This document shows positions 38,878 to 47,862 of a stretch of DNA of 64,000 nt, in pieces. Below the pieces are notes generated by a model. It did no database searches. It saw nothing but the letters and a program-made list of their open reading frames with translations, and was not told the origin of the DNA. Both the position numbers and the translations under genes were made by a program. The first letter of the stretch is position 1, and each line of letters starts with the position of its first letter. The DNA is from Sphingopyxis sp. (GTDB lineage Bacteria > Pseudomonadota > Alphaproteobacteria > Sphingomonadales > Sphingomonadaceae), in assembly GCF_025869345.1 (NCBI RefSeq), contig NZ_JAOZVW010000020.1:8830-72829 (forward strand), in the 5' to 3' direction.

Positions 38878-39549
38878 TCAGCGTCCCGGATAGCGGAGGC
38901 GGCCGACGAAGCGGGCGAGGCTGGGGCGTTCGATGCGGCGCGATGCGCGGCGGTGTTTCCAGGCCTCGAAGCGCATTACGCTGTCGATGCGGTGGGCGAG
39001 GAAGGCGCGGGTGTCGGCGAAGCCTTCGCTCTCGTCGTTCAGGAACACCGCCATCGTCGAGCCATAGACCGCGCCGAGGATCGCGCGTTTGCTGTAATGG
39101 TTGTAGTCGGTTGCGGTGTCGCCCGCGAGCCGCCACATCAGGTCGGCGGCGCGCCAGCCGAGCTTCGCGGCGTGCGGGGCGTTGGCGGGCAGCGCGAGCA
39201 GGGCGAGCGCGCGGCGGAGCGATTCGCGGGCTCCGGCGAGCAGGTCGATGCGCGTTTCGACGAGCGTCGTGATCCGCTCGCGAATCTTGAGCGTCGCGAG
39301 CTTCTCGGCCGGCCAGCGGCCGGCCATCGCGGCGTCGATGCTGGCGAACCAGGCGTGGACCATGTCGCGTCCGCCGCCGGGAAAGGCGAGGCGGGCGACG
39401 TCGGGATCGACTCCGGCGCGCTGCGCGGCGTCGGCGAGCGCCGCGTCGCTGAAGCCGTCGAACGCCGCCGTCTCCGCGATCAGCGGCGCGAGCGCGGCGC
39501 GAATCTCGTCGAGTGTCGGATCGGCGGGAAGGGTGTCGGCCATGACCAT
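38878..39549 (-). CDS. COQ9 family protein (RpsU-divergently-transcribed-like)
   Basis: About 223 aa. ...FDGFSDAALADAAQRAGVD...FLNDESEGFADTRAFLAHRID... matches the COQ9 family as I remember it. Its ATG overlaps the upstream EamA stop (ATGA). Confidence 0.7.
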   Translation of the reverse strand: MVMADTLPADPTLDEIRAALAPLIAETAAFDGFSDAALADAAQRAGVDPDVARLAFPGGGRDMVHAWFASIDAAMAGRWPAEKLATLKIRERITTLVETRIDLLAGARESLRRALALLALPANAPHAAKLGWRAADLMWRLAGDTATDYNHYSKRAILGAVYGSTMAVFLNDESEGFADTRAFLAHRIDSVMRFEAWKHRRASRRIERPSLARFVGRLRYPGR

Positions 39550-40457
39550 CAGATAGGCCGCGCGGCGCGGCTCGGCAACCGAATCAGGACGAGCGCCGCC
39601 GCGACCATCGCGCCGCCGAAGATTTCCCACAGGCTCAGCGTCTCGCCGAAGACCAGCCAGCCCGCGACCGCGGCGACGACCGGCTGGACGAGCAGGGTTA
39701 GCCCGACGACGAGCGGCGAAAAGCGCGGCAGCGCCCAGATCAGCAGGCCCTGGCCGACGAGCTGGCTCATCAGCGCGAGGACGAGCAGCGGCGTCCAGTC
39801 GTGCGGCATGATCGCCTCGCCGAGCGCGAGCGCGGTGACGAGCAGCACGGGGATGCCCGCACCCGACGAAATGGCGAGCGCCGACCAGGCGCCAACCTCG
39901 CCGCGCACGCGCTGCATCATCAGCACATAGCCGGTGTAGAGCGCGCCCGCGAGTAGGCTGAGCAGGTCGCCGACCAGATAGGCGGCCGACGCTTCATAGC
40001 TCTGTCCCATCAGCAGCGCCGACCCGGCGAAGGCGAGGAAGATCGCGAGCGCCTGCCAGCCGCGCGGCCAGCTCCGCGACAGCATGATCCCCCAGATCAC
40101 GAGCAGCAGGCTGGCGCTGTTGCCGAACAGCGTCGCGTTGGCGACCTTGGTTTGCAGGATGCCGAGGTGCCAGGCGGCGAGATCGAAGGCGAAGAAGAGT
40201 CCCGCGCCGGTCGCGATCCAGAGCGCGCGCGGGGAAGGCATCCGCCCGCCGGTCTCGCGCCGCATCAGCAGAAGCAGTACCGGCAGCGCGAGAAGCAGAC
40301 GCCAGAGCCCGGCCGCGACCGGGCCGGTGTCGGCGAAGCGCACGACCAGCGCGGTCAGCGACAGCGCGAGATTGCCGCCGAGAAGCGCCGCGAAGGCCCA
40401 GCGATTGACGGTCGCGGCCACGGGCGTGCTGTCCACACTGTCGCTCTTGTTGCTCAT
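39549..40457 (-). CDS. EamA/DMT family transporter
   Basis: 302 aa, about 10 predicted TM helices, two EamA-like halves. Confidence 0.85.
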   Translation of the reverse strand: MSNKSDSVDSTPVAATVNRWAFAALLGGNLALSLTALVVRFADTGPVAAGLWRLLLALPVLLLLMRRETGGRMPSPRALWIATGAGLFFAFDLAAWHLGILQTKVANATLFGNSASLLLVIWGIMLSRSWPRGWQALAIFLAFAGSALLMGQSYEASAAYLVGDLLSLLAGALYTGYVLMMQRVRGEVGAWSALAISSGAGIPVLLVTALALGEAIMPHDWTPLLVLALMSQLVGQGLLIWALPRFSPLVVGLTLLVQPVVAAVAGWLVFGETLSLWEIFGGAMVAAALVLIRLPSRAARPI

Positions 40458-40570
40458 TTAGATTTTCTTTTGCTACCCACCATTGTGCCGGCGCCGCGGC
40501 GACCATAGCTTCGCGGGCCATAGCGGCGACCAGCCAAGGCGTCGCGGATAAAAGTGAAAGGTGGAAACGC

Positions 40571-41656
40571 ATGACCGCATCACTGTTCGACCCGATCAAG
40601 CTGGGTGCCATCGAGGCGCCGAATCGCATCATCATGGCGCCGCTGACGCGCGGCCGCGCCGGGCCGGGTTTCGTGCCGAACGAACTGGCGCGCGACTATT
40701 ACCGCCAGCGCGCCTCCGCCGGGCTGATCATTTCCGAAGCCACCGGTATCTCGCAGGAAGGGCTCGGCTGGCCGAGCGCTCCGGGCCTGTGGACCGACGC
40801 GCAGGTCGAAGGCTGGAAGCCGGTGACCGACGCGGTCCACGCCGCGGGCGGGCGCATCGTCGCGCAGCTCTGGCACATGGGGCGGCTCGTCCATTCGGTG
40901 TTCAACGACGGCAAGCAGCCCGTTTCGGCCTCGGCCACCAAGGGCGAAGGCCGCGCGCATACGCCGGTCGGCCGCCGCGATCTGGAGGAAGCCCGCCCGC
41001 TCCGGCTCGACGAGATTCCGCGCGTGATCGGCGATTATGTCAAGGCGGCCGAAAATGCGAAGAAAGCCGGGTTCGACGGGGTGCAGCTTCACGGCGCCAA
41101 CGGCTATCTGATCGACCAGTTTCTGCGCGACAACAGCAATTTGCGCGACGACGATTATGGCGGGCCGGTCGAAAACCGCATCCGCCTGCTCCGCGAAGTG
41201 ACCGAGGCGCTGATCGGCGTCTGGGGCAAGGACCGCGTCGCGGTGCGCCTGTCGCCCAACGGCGAAACCCAGGGCGTCGACGACAGCGCCCCCGAAACGC
41301 TCTTCCCGGCGGCGGCGGCCGCGCTCGATGCGCTCGGCATCGCTTTCCTCGAACTGCGCGAGCCCGGGCCCGAGGGCACGTTCGGGCGCACCGACGTGCC
41401 GAAGCAGTCGCCCGCGATCCGCGCCGCGTTCAAGGGGCCGCTGATCCTCAACAGCGATTACACCGCCGCGCTCGCCGAGGAGGCGCTGGCGAGCGGCTCC
41501 GCCGATGCGGTCGCCTTCGGCCGGCCGTTCATCGGCAACCCCGATCTCGTCGAGCGCATCCGCACCGGCGCCGAATGGGCCGCCGACAATCCGCAGACCT
41601 GGTATTCGCCGGGGGCGGAGGGTTATACCGACTATCCGGCGTTGGTGGCGGCTTAG
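40571..41656 (+). CDS. Old Yellow Enzyme family alkene reductase (NemA-like NADH:flavin oxidoreductase)
   Basis: 361 aa. NRIIMAPLTR, VQLHGANGYLIDQFL and FGRPFIGNPDL are OYE hallmarks. Confidence 0.9.
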   Translation: MTASLFDPIKLGAIEAPNRIIMAPLTRGRAGPGFVPNELARDYYRQRASAGLIISEATGISQEGLGWPSAPGLWTDAQVEGWKPVTDAVHAAGGRIVAQLWHMGRLVHSVFNDGKQPVSASATKGEGRAHTPVGRRDLEEARPLRLDEIPRVIGDYVKAAENAKKAGFDGVQLHGANGYLIDQFLRDNSNLRDDDYGGPVENRIRLLREVTEALIGVWGKDRVAVRLSPNGETQGVDDSAPETLFPAAAAALDALGIAFLELREPGPEGTFGRTDVPKQSPAIRAAFKGPLILNSDYTAALAEEALASGSADAVAFGRPFIGNPDLVERIRTGAEWAADNPQTWYSPGAEGYTDYPALVAA

Positions 41657-41677
41657 GCCGGATAGAACAATAGTTCG

Positions 41678-41878
41678 GTGTGTCCCCGCCCTTCGACTGC
41701 CCGCAGGGCGGGCGCTCAGGATAAACTTCCGCCGAAGGCGGAAGGCGGGGACCCATCTCCGGATGGTTCAAAATGGCACCGACAGGAGATGGATCAGTAT
41801 CGGGTTGACCATGCCCCGCATGGTCAAGGATCGTCCGGGGGACGATCCGGCCCGATACTCCTTCGCGGGGGAACACAG
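41678..41878. repeat. family C repeat disrupted by two secondary insertions
   Basis: The left arm GTGTGTCCCCGC|...|GAAGGCGGGGACCCATCTCC and the right arm GGAGATGGA|...|CCTTCGCGGGGGAACACAG each carry an extra palindromic insert. Confidence 0.8.
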
Positions 41879-41896
41879 AGTTGTCGGCGAAGGCCG

Positions 41897-42541
41897 CTAG
41901 CTCCGTTCGGCGAGCGCCTTGTCGACGATCCCGGCGCCGATCGGACCCAGCATCTTGCCGCCGAAGCGGAAGAGCAGGAAGGCACCGACGAAAAGGAGAA
42001 TCGGGGCGACGAGCAGCGCCACGATCGCGGCGATCAGTGCGACGACGAAGAGCGTCGCGAAGCCGCCGTTCAGCACCTGTTGCCCCTTGGGGCCGAGCTC
42101 GATCGTCCGCGGCCCCTTGGCGTCCCACCATTTGCCGGTGACGATCGTCTTGCGCGCGCCCGTGGCGGATCGCGCACCCGATTGGGGCCGCGGCTGCGGA
42201 CGCTGCGCGATGCGTGCGGGGCCGGTAGCGGCGGCGGGCCGCTGATCCTTCCACGGCTGCTTGCGGTTCATCGCCGCGACGGTCGCCGCCATCCGGTCGT
42301 TCACGGGCGGCGCGGGCGGCTCGATCACCCGTTCGATGACCGGAGCCGATGGATCGGCGAAGGCATCGGTGGGAAATCGCTGCGCCGCGGGAAGGGCCGG
42401 TTCGTTGCCCATCCGCCGGTCATAGTCGGCCATGCGCTCGGCGGCGCTCGGCGGGGTGCGGCCGGTCTCGCGATCGATCACCACCAGCCGCCCGCCGCGC
42501 TCGACGACGGAATAGCGGCCGGGGGGCGGTCGATCAGCCAA
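41897..42541 (-). CDS. hypothetical membrane-anchored protein, last gene of the rib operon
   Basis: 214 aa. Pro/Ala-rich middle region and C-terminal TM segments ([31 protein letters not shown]). 8-nt overlap with the ribH stop. Confidence 0.6.
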   Translation of the reverse strand: MADRPPPGRYSVVERGGRLVVIDRETGRTPPSAAERMADYDRRMGNEPALPAAQRFPTDAFADPSAPVIERVIEPPAPPVNDRMAATVAAMNRKQPWKDQRPAAATGPARIAQRPQPRPQSGARSATGARKTIVTGKWWDAKGPRTIELGPKGQQVLNGGFATLFVVALIAAIVALLVAPILLFVGAFLLFRFGGKMLGPIGAGIVDKALAERS

Positions 42542-42959
42542 TGCCGAATTGTTCCTTCAGAGCCAGCATCGCGAGCGCGGCCTTCGCCGCTTCGCCGCCC
42601 TTATCCTTGCGCGTCCTGTCGGCGCGCGCAAGCGCCTGTTCCTCATTCTCGACGGTCAGGATGCCGTTGCCGATCGCGAGGCCGTCGAGCGTCAGCGCCA
42701 TGATGCCGCGCGCGCTCTCGTTCGAGACGACCTCGAAATGATAGGTCTCGCCGCGAATCACCACGCCGAGCGCGACATAGGCGTCGTAGCGGCCGCTGTC
42801 GGCGGCGAGCGAGATGGCGGCGGGAACCTCGAGCGCGCCGGGGACGGTTACCGTCTCGTGGCTGTGCCCCGCGGCGTCGAGCGCGCTGCGCACGCCGTCG
42901 AGCAGCATGTCGTTGAGGTGCGAATAGAAGCGGGCTTCGACGATCAATATATGGGCCAT
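42534..42959 (-). CDS. ribH: 6,7-dimethyl-8-ribityllumazine synthase
   Basis: 141 aa. [22 protein letters not shown]...VPGALEVP...[10 protein letters not shown] is canonical. Confidence 0.95.
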   Translation of the reverse strand: MAHILIVEARFYSHLNDMLLDGVRSALDAAGHSHETVTVPGALEVPAAISLAADSGRYDAYVALGVVIRGETYHFEVVSNESARGIMALTLDGLAIGNGILTVENEEQALARADRTRKDKGGEAAKAALAMLALKEQFGIG

Positions 42960-42969
42960 GACGGACTCC

Positions 42970-43821
42970 TTAAGCGGGTGGGGCGAGATGGGAAAGCAGC
43001 AAAAGCAGGGCGCCCGCCGCGATCAGCACGGCGGCGGTCAGGCTGTGGAGCGTGACGCGCTCCTTCATCCACAGCCAGGCGATCAGGATGCTGACGAGGA
43101 TGCAGGTTTCGCGCAGCGCGCTGACCGCGGCAACGGGCGCATAGCGCAGCGCGACGAGCGTCGACCCGAAACTGACGATGGCGAGGCCGCCCGCGGCGAT
43201 CCCCGGCCTGAGGTTACGGGTGAGGCGCGCGGTGGCGGCCGGGCCTGCGACGAGGCGGAACTGGAGCAGCAGCGCGCTTCCGGTCGCGAAGAAGAACCAG
43301 CAGAGAAAGGGCAGCACTCCGTCGCTCGCGCGCATCCCGCCGGCGTCGACGACGGTATAGGCGGCGGTCAATACCCCCGCCGTCAGCGCAGCGATCAGCC
43401 CGGCGCGCCCGATGCGGCCGCCCGCCGACAGCGACAGGATGCCGGCGCTGATCGCGAGCACGCCGGCGGTTTCCGCGAGCCCGGGGATTTCGCCGAACAG
43501 TAGGGCGCTGGCGCCGATCGCGACGAGCGGCGCGGTGCCGCGCGCGATCGGAAAGGCGACCGAGAAATCGTTGAGCGTGTAGGAACGGGTGAGCACCAGC
43601 GAATAGACGCTGTGCAGGACCACCGCCCCGGCGAGCCACGGCAGCATCGCCGGGGTCGGCCAACCGAGGAAGAGCAAAGGACCGGCCGCCGCCACCGCCC
43701 ATGTCGCCCCGCACAGCGCGCGCACCGCTTCCTGGTCCTCGCCCGACTTGAGCATGGCGTGCGACGAAGCGGTGGTCAGCGCGGCGACGACCGCAAAGCC
43801 GATGCCCAGCGACTGGCTCAC
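42970..43821 (-). CDS. EamA/DMT family transporter embedded between ribB and ribH
   Basis: About 284 aa and about 10 TM helices. GTG start at 43821 assumed; the N-terminus is uncertain. The upstream part of ORF 42970..44016 overlaps ribB and is not credible. Confidence 0.7.
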   Translation of the reverse strand: MSQSLGIGFAVVAALTTASSHAMLKSGEDQEAVRALCGATWAVAAAGPLLFLGWPTPAMLPWLAGAVVLHSVYSLVLTRSYTLNDFSVAFPIARGTAPLVAIGASALLFGEIPGLAETAGVLAISAGILSLSAGGRIGRAGLIAALTAGVLTAAYTVVDAGGMRASDGVLPFLCWFFFATGSALLLQFRLVAGPAATARLTRNLRPGIAAGGLAIVSFGSTLVALRYAPVAAVSALRETCILVSILIAWLWMKERVTLHSLTAAVLIAAGALLLLLSHLAPPA

Positions 43822-43828
43822 CGGCGGG

Positions 43829-45103
43829 TCAGGCTTCTCCGGGGATCGACCGTTCGCCGACGACCGACAGGCCATAGCCTTCGAGGCCGACGATATTGCT
43901 GTGGGTCGGCGTGAGCAATTCCATCGCATGGACGCCCAGGTCGGCGAGGATCTGCGCGCCGATGCCGTAAGTGCGCAGGTCCATGCCGCCGGCGGGGGTC
44001 GGGGTCGCCTCGGCATCGGCCGAGCCGGGGAGCGGACGCATCAGCATCACGATCACCCCCGCGCCCGCCTCGCCGATCGCGTCCATCGAACGCTGGAGGC
44101 GCCGCTTTTTCGGGCCGGGGCGACCCATGATATCGTCGAAGATCGACACCGCGTGCATCCGCACCAGGGTCACGCCTTCGGGATCGACCGGCCCCTTCTG
44201 GAGTACGAGGTTGACCGAGCCGTCGACTTTGTTGCGATAGGATTTGAGTCGCCAGTCGCCGCCGTAATCGGATTCGAAGGGCTCGTCGGACACGCATTCG
44301 ACCAGGCGGTCGGTGCGGCTGCGATAGGCGATCAGGTCGGCGATCGTCCCGATCTTCAGCCCATGGCGGCGCGCGAAGGGGATGAGGTCGGCCAGCCGCG
44401 CCATCGTCCCGTCGTCGTTCATGATCTCGCAGATCACGCCCGAGGGGTTGAGCCCGGCGAGCCGCGCGATGTCGACCGACGCCTCGGTATGGCCGGCGCG
44501 CACCAGCACGCCGCCGTCGCGCGCGATCAGCGGAAAGATGTGGCCGGGGGTAACGATGTCGTCGCGGCCTTTGCCGGCGTCGATCGCGACCGCGACGGTG
44601 CGCGCGCGGTCGCCCGCCGAAATGCCGGTGGTGACGCCCTCGCGCGCTTCGATCGAGGTGGTGAAGGCGGTTTCGTGCCGCGTCCCGTTCTGGCGGCTCA
44701 TCAGTTCGAGCCCGAGCGTTTCGACGCGGTTCCGCGTCAGCGTCAGGCAGACGAGCCCGCGGCCGTGGGTCGCCATGAAATTGATCGCATCGGGGGTCGC
44801 CATCTGCGCGGGAATGACGAGGTCGCCTTCATTCTCGCGGTCCTCGTCGTCGACGAGGATGAACATGCGGCCGTTGCGCGCCTCGGCGATGATCTCCTCC
44901 GGGCTCGCCATCGGCGACAGGTCGCTGCCGTGCGCGAGCCAGTTCTCGAGCTTGCGCAGCGTTTCGGCGGTGGGGTTCCAGCCGTCCGAATCGAGGTCGC
45001 GAAGGCTGTTGGCGTGCAGACCCGCGGCGCGTGCGAGTCCCGAGCGGGACATGGTGCCGTCTTCGACGATGGCGCGGATGCGTTCGATGAGCTGTGTGGA
45101 CAT
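43829..45103 (-). CDS. ribB: 3,4-dihydroxy-2-butanone-4-phosphate synthase with a degenerate GTP cyclohydrolase II-like C-domain (RibBX type) and an N-terminal HTH-like extension
   Basis: DHBP synthase core (LVDDEDRENEGDLV, GHTEASVD). The C-domain lacks the GCHII zinc Cys triad (RMHAVSIFDDIMGRPGP in place of HSECLTGD...CDCG). The first ~62 aa resemble an XRE HTH. Confidence 0.88.
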   Translation of the reverse strand: MSTQLIERIRAIVEDGTMSRSGLARAAGLHANSLRDLDSDGWNPTAETLRKLENWLAHGSDLSPMASPEEIIAEARNGRMFILVDDEDRENEGDLVIPAQMATPDAINFMATHGRGLVCLTLTRNRVETLGLELMSRQNGTRHETAFTTSIEAREGVTTGISAGDRARTVAVAIDAGKGRDDIVTPGHIFPLIARDGGVLVRAGHTEASVDIARLAGLNPSGVICEIMNDDGTMARLADLIPFARRHGLKIGTIADLIAYRSRTDRLVECVSDEPFESDYGGDWRLKSYRNKVDGSVNLVLQKGPVDPEGVTLVRMHAVSIFDDIMGRPGPKKRRLQRSMDAIGEAGAGVIVMLMRPLPGSADAEATPTPAGGMDLRTYGIGAQILADLGVHAMELLTPTHSNIVGLEGYGLSVVGERSIPGEA

Positions 45104-45115
45104 GCGATGCTTGTT

Positions 45116-45160
45116 TCACATCATAATGTGATAGTCAATGGAGGAATCACATTTATGATG
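45116..45160. promoter_or_regulatory. AT-rich inverted repeat upstream of ribB, candidate operator
   Basis: TCACATCATAATGTGA (45116-45131) and ATCACATTTATGATG (45146-45160). ATCATAA(A)TGTGA occurs as inverted copies about 27 bp apart, 13-57 nt upstream of the ATG. Confidence 0.35.
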
Positions 45161-45196
45161 GGATGACTGAAAGACGACGCATGATCAGGCTATTTT

Positions 45197-45272
45197 CGTC
45201 ACCCCGGACTTGATCCGGGGTCCCGTTCGGCGACGGCGACAAGCGGGACCCCGGATCAAGTCCGGGGTGACG
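45197..45272. repeat. palindromic intergenic repeat, family A
   Basis: CGTCACCCCGGACTTGATCCGGGGTCCC ... GGGACCCCGGATCAAGTCCGGGGTGACG. Confidence 0.9.
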
Positions 45273-45319
45273 GCGAGGCGAATTGGGTCACCAAATACTC
45301 GGACTACGCCTTATGCAGA

Positions 45320-45943
45320 TCAGTTCGGCCCGAACACCGCGCCCGGATCGCGCGGCGTGGCATCGGCCTTGGCGTCGAGCAGCGCGAGATATTGGCCGGT
45401 GCGGTCGTCGCGTTTGGCATAGTCGCGCGCCGACATGCCGGCGATATGGTCGGTCTTATCGGGATTCGCGCCGTGGCGGACGAGCAGGCGGACCATCGCG
45501 GCATTCTTCGCCTGCACCGCGAGGATCAGCGCGGTCTCGCCGCGCCGGTTCGTCTGGTCGACCGGCGCTTTCGCGTCGAGCAGCGCCTCGGCGCCCTCGG
45601 TGAAATTGAGCAGCGCGCAATGCATCAGCGCCGTCACGCCCTGCCGGTCGGCGATCGACGGGTCGGCGCTCTTGCCGATCAGGAAGCGCAGCCAGGTCGG
45701 ATCGCGCCGCTTGGCGACGATGATCAGCGCGGTCTCGCCGGTGTCGGGGTTGCGCGTGTTGACGAAGGAGGGGTCGTCCTTCAGCGCGTCGGTCGCCTTG
45801 TTGCCGTCGCGGCTCTCGACCGCCTGCAGGAAACCATAGGCGCCGCGGAACTGCGCCACTGCCGGCGCGGGCGCCAGCGCGCCCGCCGTCGCGGCGGCGA
45901 GCAGGGCCAGGGAAGCAAGGCGGATGTCCGCGCGTCGAAACAT
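45320..45943 (-). CDS. secreted ankyrin-repeat protein
   Basis: Signal peptide MFRRADIRLASLALLAAATAGALAPAPAVA, then ankyrin repeats (GETALIIVAKRRD..., GVTALMHCA..., GETALILAVQAKNAAMVRLLVRHGANPD). Confidence 0.8.
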   Translation of the reverse strand: MFRRADIRLASLALLAAATAGALAPAPAVAQFRGAYGFLQAVESRDGNKATDALKDDPSFVNTRNPDTGETALIIVAKRRDPTWLRFLIGKSADPSIADRQGVTALMHCALLNFTEGAEALLDAKAPVDQTNRRGETALILAVQAKNAAMVRLLVRHGANPDKTDHIAGMSARDYAKRDDRTGQYLALLDAKADATPRDPGAVFGPN

Positions 45944-46048
45944 GGTAGGGACCCCCTCGAAGAAACTGTCGCGAACGCGGCGAAGCGGAATGCGCGCGCC
46001 GCACGACAATGGTTGATTTTCGGGCCTTAGCCGATCAAGGCTGGCCGC

Positions 46049-46693
46049 ATGATGAATATCGCAAACATGGGACGAAAGCTCGCCCGTTCAAGCCTGCTTC
46101 TGCTGACGGCGGCGATGCTGGCGGGCTGCAACGCCCCGGCGGGCGCGCCCGCCGCCGATCCGCCGCTTGCCGGCGCGAAGATCGGCGGGCCGTTCACGCT
46201 GACCGATCAGGACGGCAAGACCGTGCGCGACACCGATTTCGCGGGAAAATATCGCCTCGTCTATTTCGGTTACAGCTATTGCCCCGACATCTGCCCGGTC
46301 GATCTGCAAAAGCTGATGCGCGGCCTGTCGGCGTTCGAAAAGAGCGATCCGGCGCGCGGCGCCCGGGTCGCGCCGATGTTCATCACCGTCGACCCCGAAC
46401 GCGATACGCCTGCGGCGCTGAAAGCCTTTGTCAGCCGCTATCATCCACGCCTGCTCGGCCTGACCGGCACGCCCGAGCAGATTGCGGTGGTCGCCAAGGC
46501 CTATGTCGTCACTTACAACAAGGTGCCGGGCTCGGCGCCCGACCGCTATCTGATGGCGCACAGCCAGCTCGCCTTCCTGATGGACCCGCAGGGCAAGCCG
46601 CTCGCGCTGCTGCCGCTCGACGATCCATCGACCGACGCCGACGAGGGCGCGCCCGGCAAGGTGGCGGCCGAGCTGGCGAAGTGGGTGAAGTGA
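46049..46693 (+). CDS. SCO1/SenC family copper chaperone (lipoprotein)
   Basis: Lipobox LLTAAMLAGC and thioredoxin-fold CPDICP (CxxxC) motif. Confidence 0.9.
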   Translation: MMNIANMGRKLARSSLLLLTAAMLAGCNAPAGAPAADPPLAGAKIGGPFTLTDQDGKTVRDTDFAGKYRLVYFGYSYCPDICPVDLQKLMRGLSAFEKSDPARGARVAPMFITVDPERDTPAALKAFVSRYHPRLLGLTGTPEQIAVVAKAYVVTYNKVPGSAPDRYLMAHSQLAFLMDPQGKPLALLPLDDPSTDADEGAPGKVAAELAKWVK

Positions 46694-47130
46694 GCCCGGC
46701 CGGGCGCCGCTTCTGGGAGGCGCCGCTCGCCAGCCTCGACGCCGGCGAGTGGGAGGCTTTGTGCGACGGCTGCGGCAAATGCTGCCTCCACAAGCTGGAG
46801 GACGAGGATACCGGTCGCATCTATCCGACCAATGTCGCGTGCCGCCTGCTCGACCTTTCGACCGCGCGCTGCGGCGACTACAAGCATCGCCGCCGCCACG
46901 TTCCCGACTGCCTGACGCTGACCAAAGCCAAGGTCGCCGGCATCGAATGGCTGCCGCAGACCTGCGCCTATCGCCTGCGCGCCGAGGGCGAGCCGCTGCC
47001 CGACTGGCATTATCTCGTCTGCGGCGACCGCGACGCGGTGCACCGCGCGGGCGAATCGATCGTCGGTTGGACGGTGGCCGAGGATGTCGCGGGGCCGCTG
47101 GAGAATCATCTTGTCGAACGCGTCGTCTGA
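46690..47130 (+). CDS. YcgN family cysteine-cluster protein (UPF0260)
   Basis: EALCDGCGKCCLHKLEDEDTG...ACRLLD...CGDY is the YcgN signature. GTG start overlaps the SCO stop. Confidence 0.8.
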   Translation: MSPAGRRFWEAPLASLDAGEWEALCDGCGKCCLHKLEDEDTGRIYPTNVACRLLDLSTARCGDYKHRRRHVPDCLTLTKAKVAGIEWLPQTCAYRLRAEGEPLPDWHYLVCGDRDAVHRAGESIVGWTVAEDVAGPLENHLVERVV

Positions 47131-47839
47131 CCTTCGCGACGAGCGCCCGCAGATATGGGTGGGAGAAACCCCGTGGCCGGTGCGGCTTGTCCATCATGCG
47201 CAGTCGCGGCGTTACAAGCTGATCTTCGACGGCGCGCGCGGCGAGTTGCGGCTGACGCTGCCGCGCCGCGCCAATGCAGCGCGCGCGCTCAAATGGGCGA
47301 GCGAGCAGCAGGGCTGGCTGGCCGAGCAGGTCGGCAAGGCGGCCATGCCGCTGCTCGTCGGGCCGGGCGCCGCGGTGCCGCTGTTCGGCGCGCTGCGCCG
47401 GATCGACTGGAGCGCTGCCGCGCCGCGCGCGGTGCGGCTCGCCGACGATGCGCTGACCGTCGGCGGACCCGCCGACACCGTCGGCCGCCGCATCGAGCGC
47501 TGGCTGAAGGCCGAAGCGCTCGCGCTGATGACGCGCGAAAGCCGCGAGATCGCCGATCGCGCGGGGCTCCGCGTCGGCCGTGTGGGGGTCGGCGATCCGC
47601 GCAGCCGCTGGGGGAGCTGCACCCACGACGGCGACCTGCGCTATAGCTGGCGGCTGGTGATGGCGCCCGATCACGTCCGCCGCGCCACCGTCGCGCACGA
47701 GGTCGCGCATCTGCGGCACATGGACCATGGCGCGGCTTTTCACGCGCTGGTGGATGTACTGCACGACGGCGACGTTGGCGCCGCGCGCGCGTGGTTGCGG
47801 CGCGAGGGTCGCGGGCTGCACCGTTACCGCTTCGGGTAG
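47084..47839 (+). CDS. M48/YgjP-like metal-dependent hydrolase (DUF45)
   Basis: HEVAHLRHMDH (HExxH) near the C-terminus. The true start may be downstream of 47084, since the ORF overlaps ycgN by 47 nt. Confidence 0.78.
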   Translation: MSRGRWRIILSNASSDLRDERPQIWVGETPWPVRLVHHAQSRRYKLIFDGARGELRLTLPRRANAARALKWASEQQGWLAEQVGKAAMPLLVGPGAAVPLFGALRRIDWSAAAPRAVRLADDALTVGGPADTVGRRIERWLKAEALALMTRESREIADRAGLRVGRVGVGDPRSRWGSCTHDGDLRYSWRLVMAPDHVRRATVAHEVAHLRHMDHGAAFHALVDVLHDGDVGAARAWLRREGRGLHRYRFG

Positions 47840-47862
47840 GGGCTGATATGCGCATCAACCCG

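Noticed and set aside
45116-45160. Possible dif (XerCD) site because of the ATAATGT-like core
   Set aside because: It lacks the conserved XerD arm (TTATGTTAAAT-like) and the 11-6-11 architecture. Its position directly in front of the ribB start favours an operator or promoter role.
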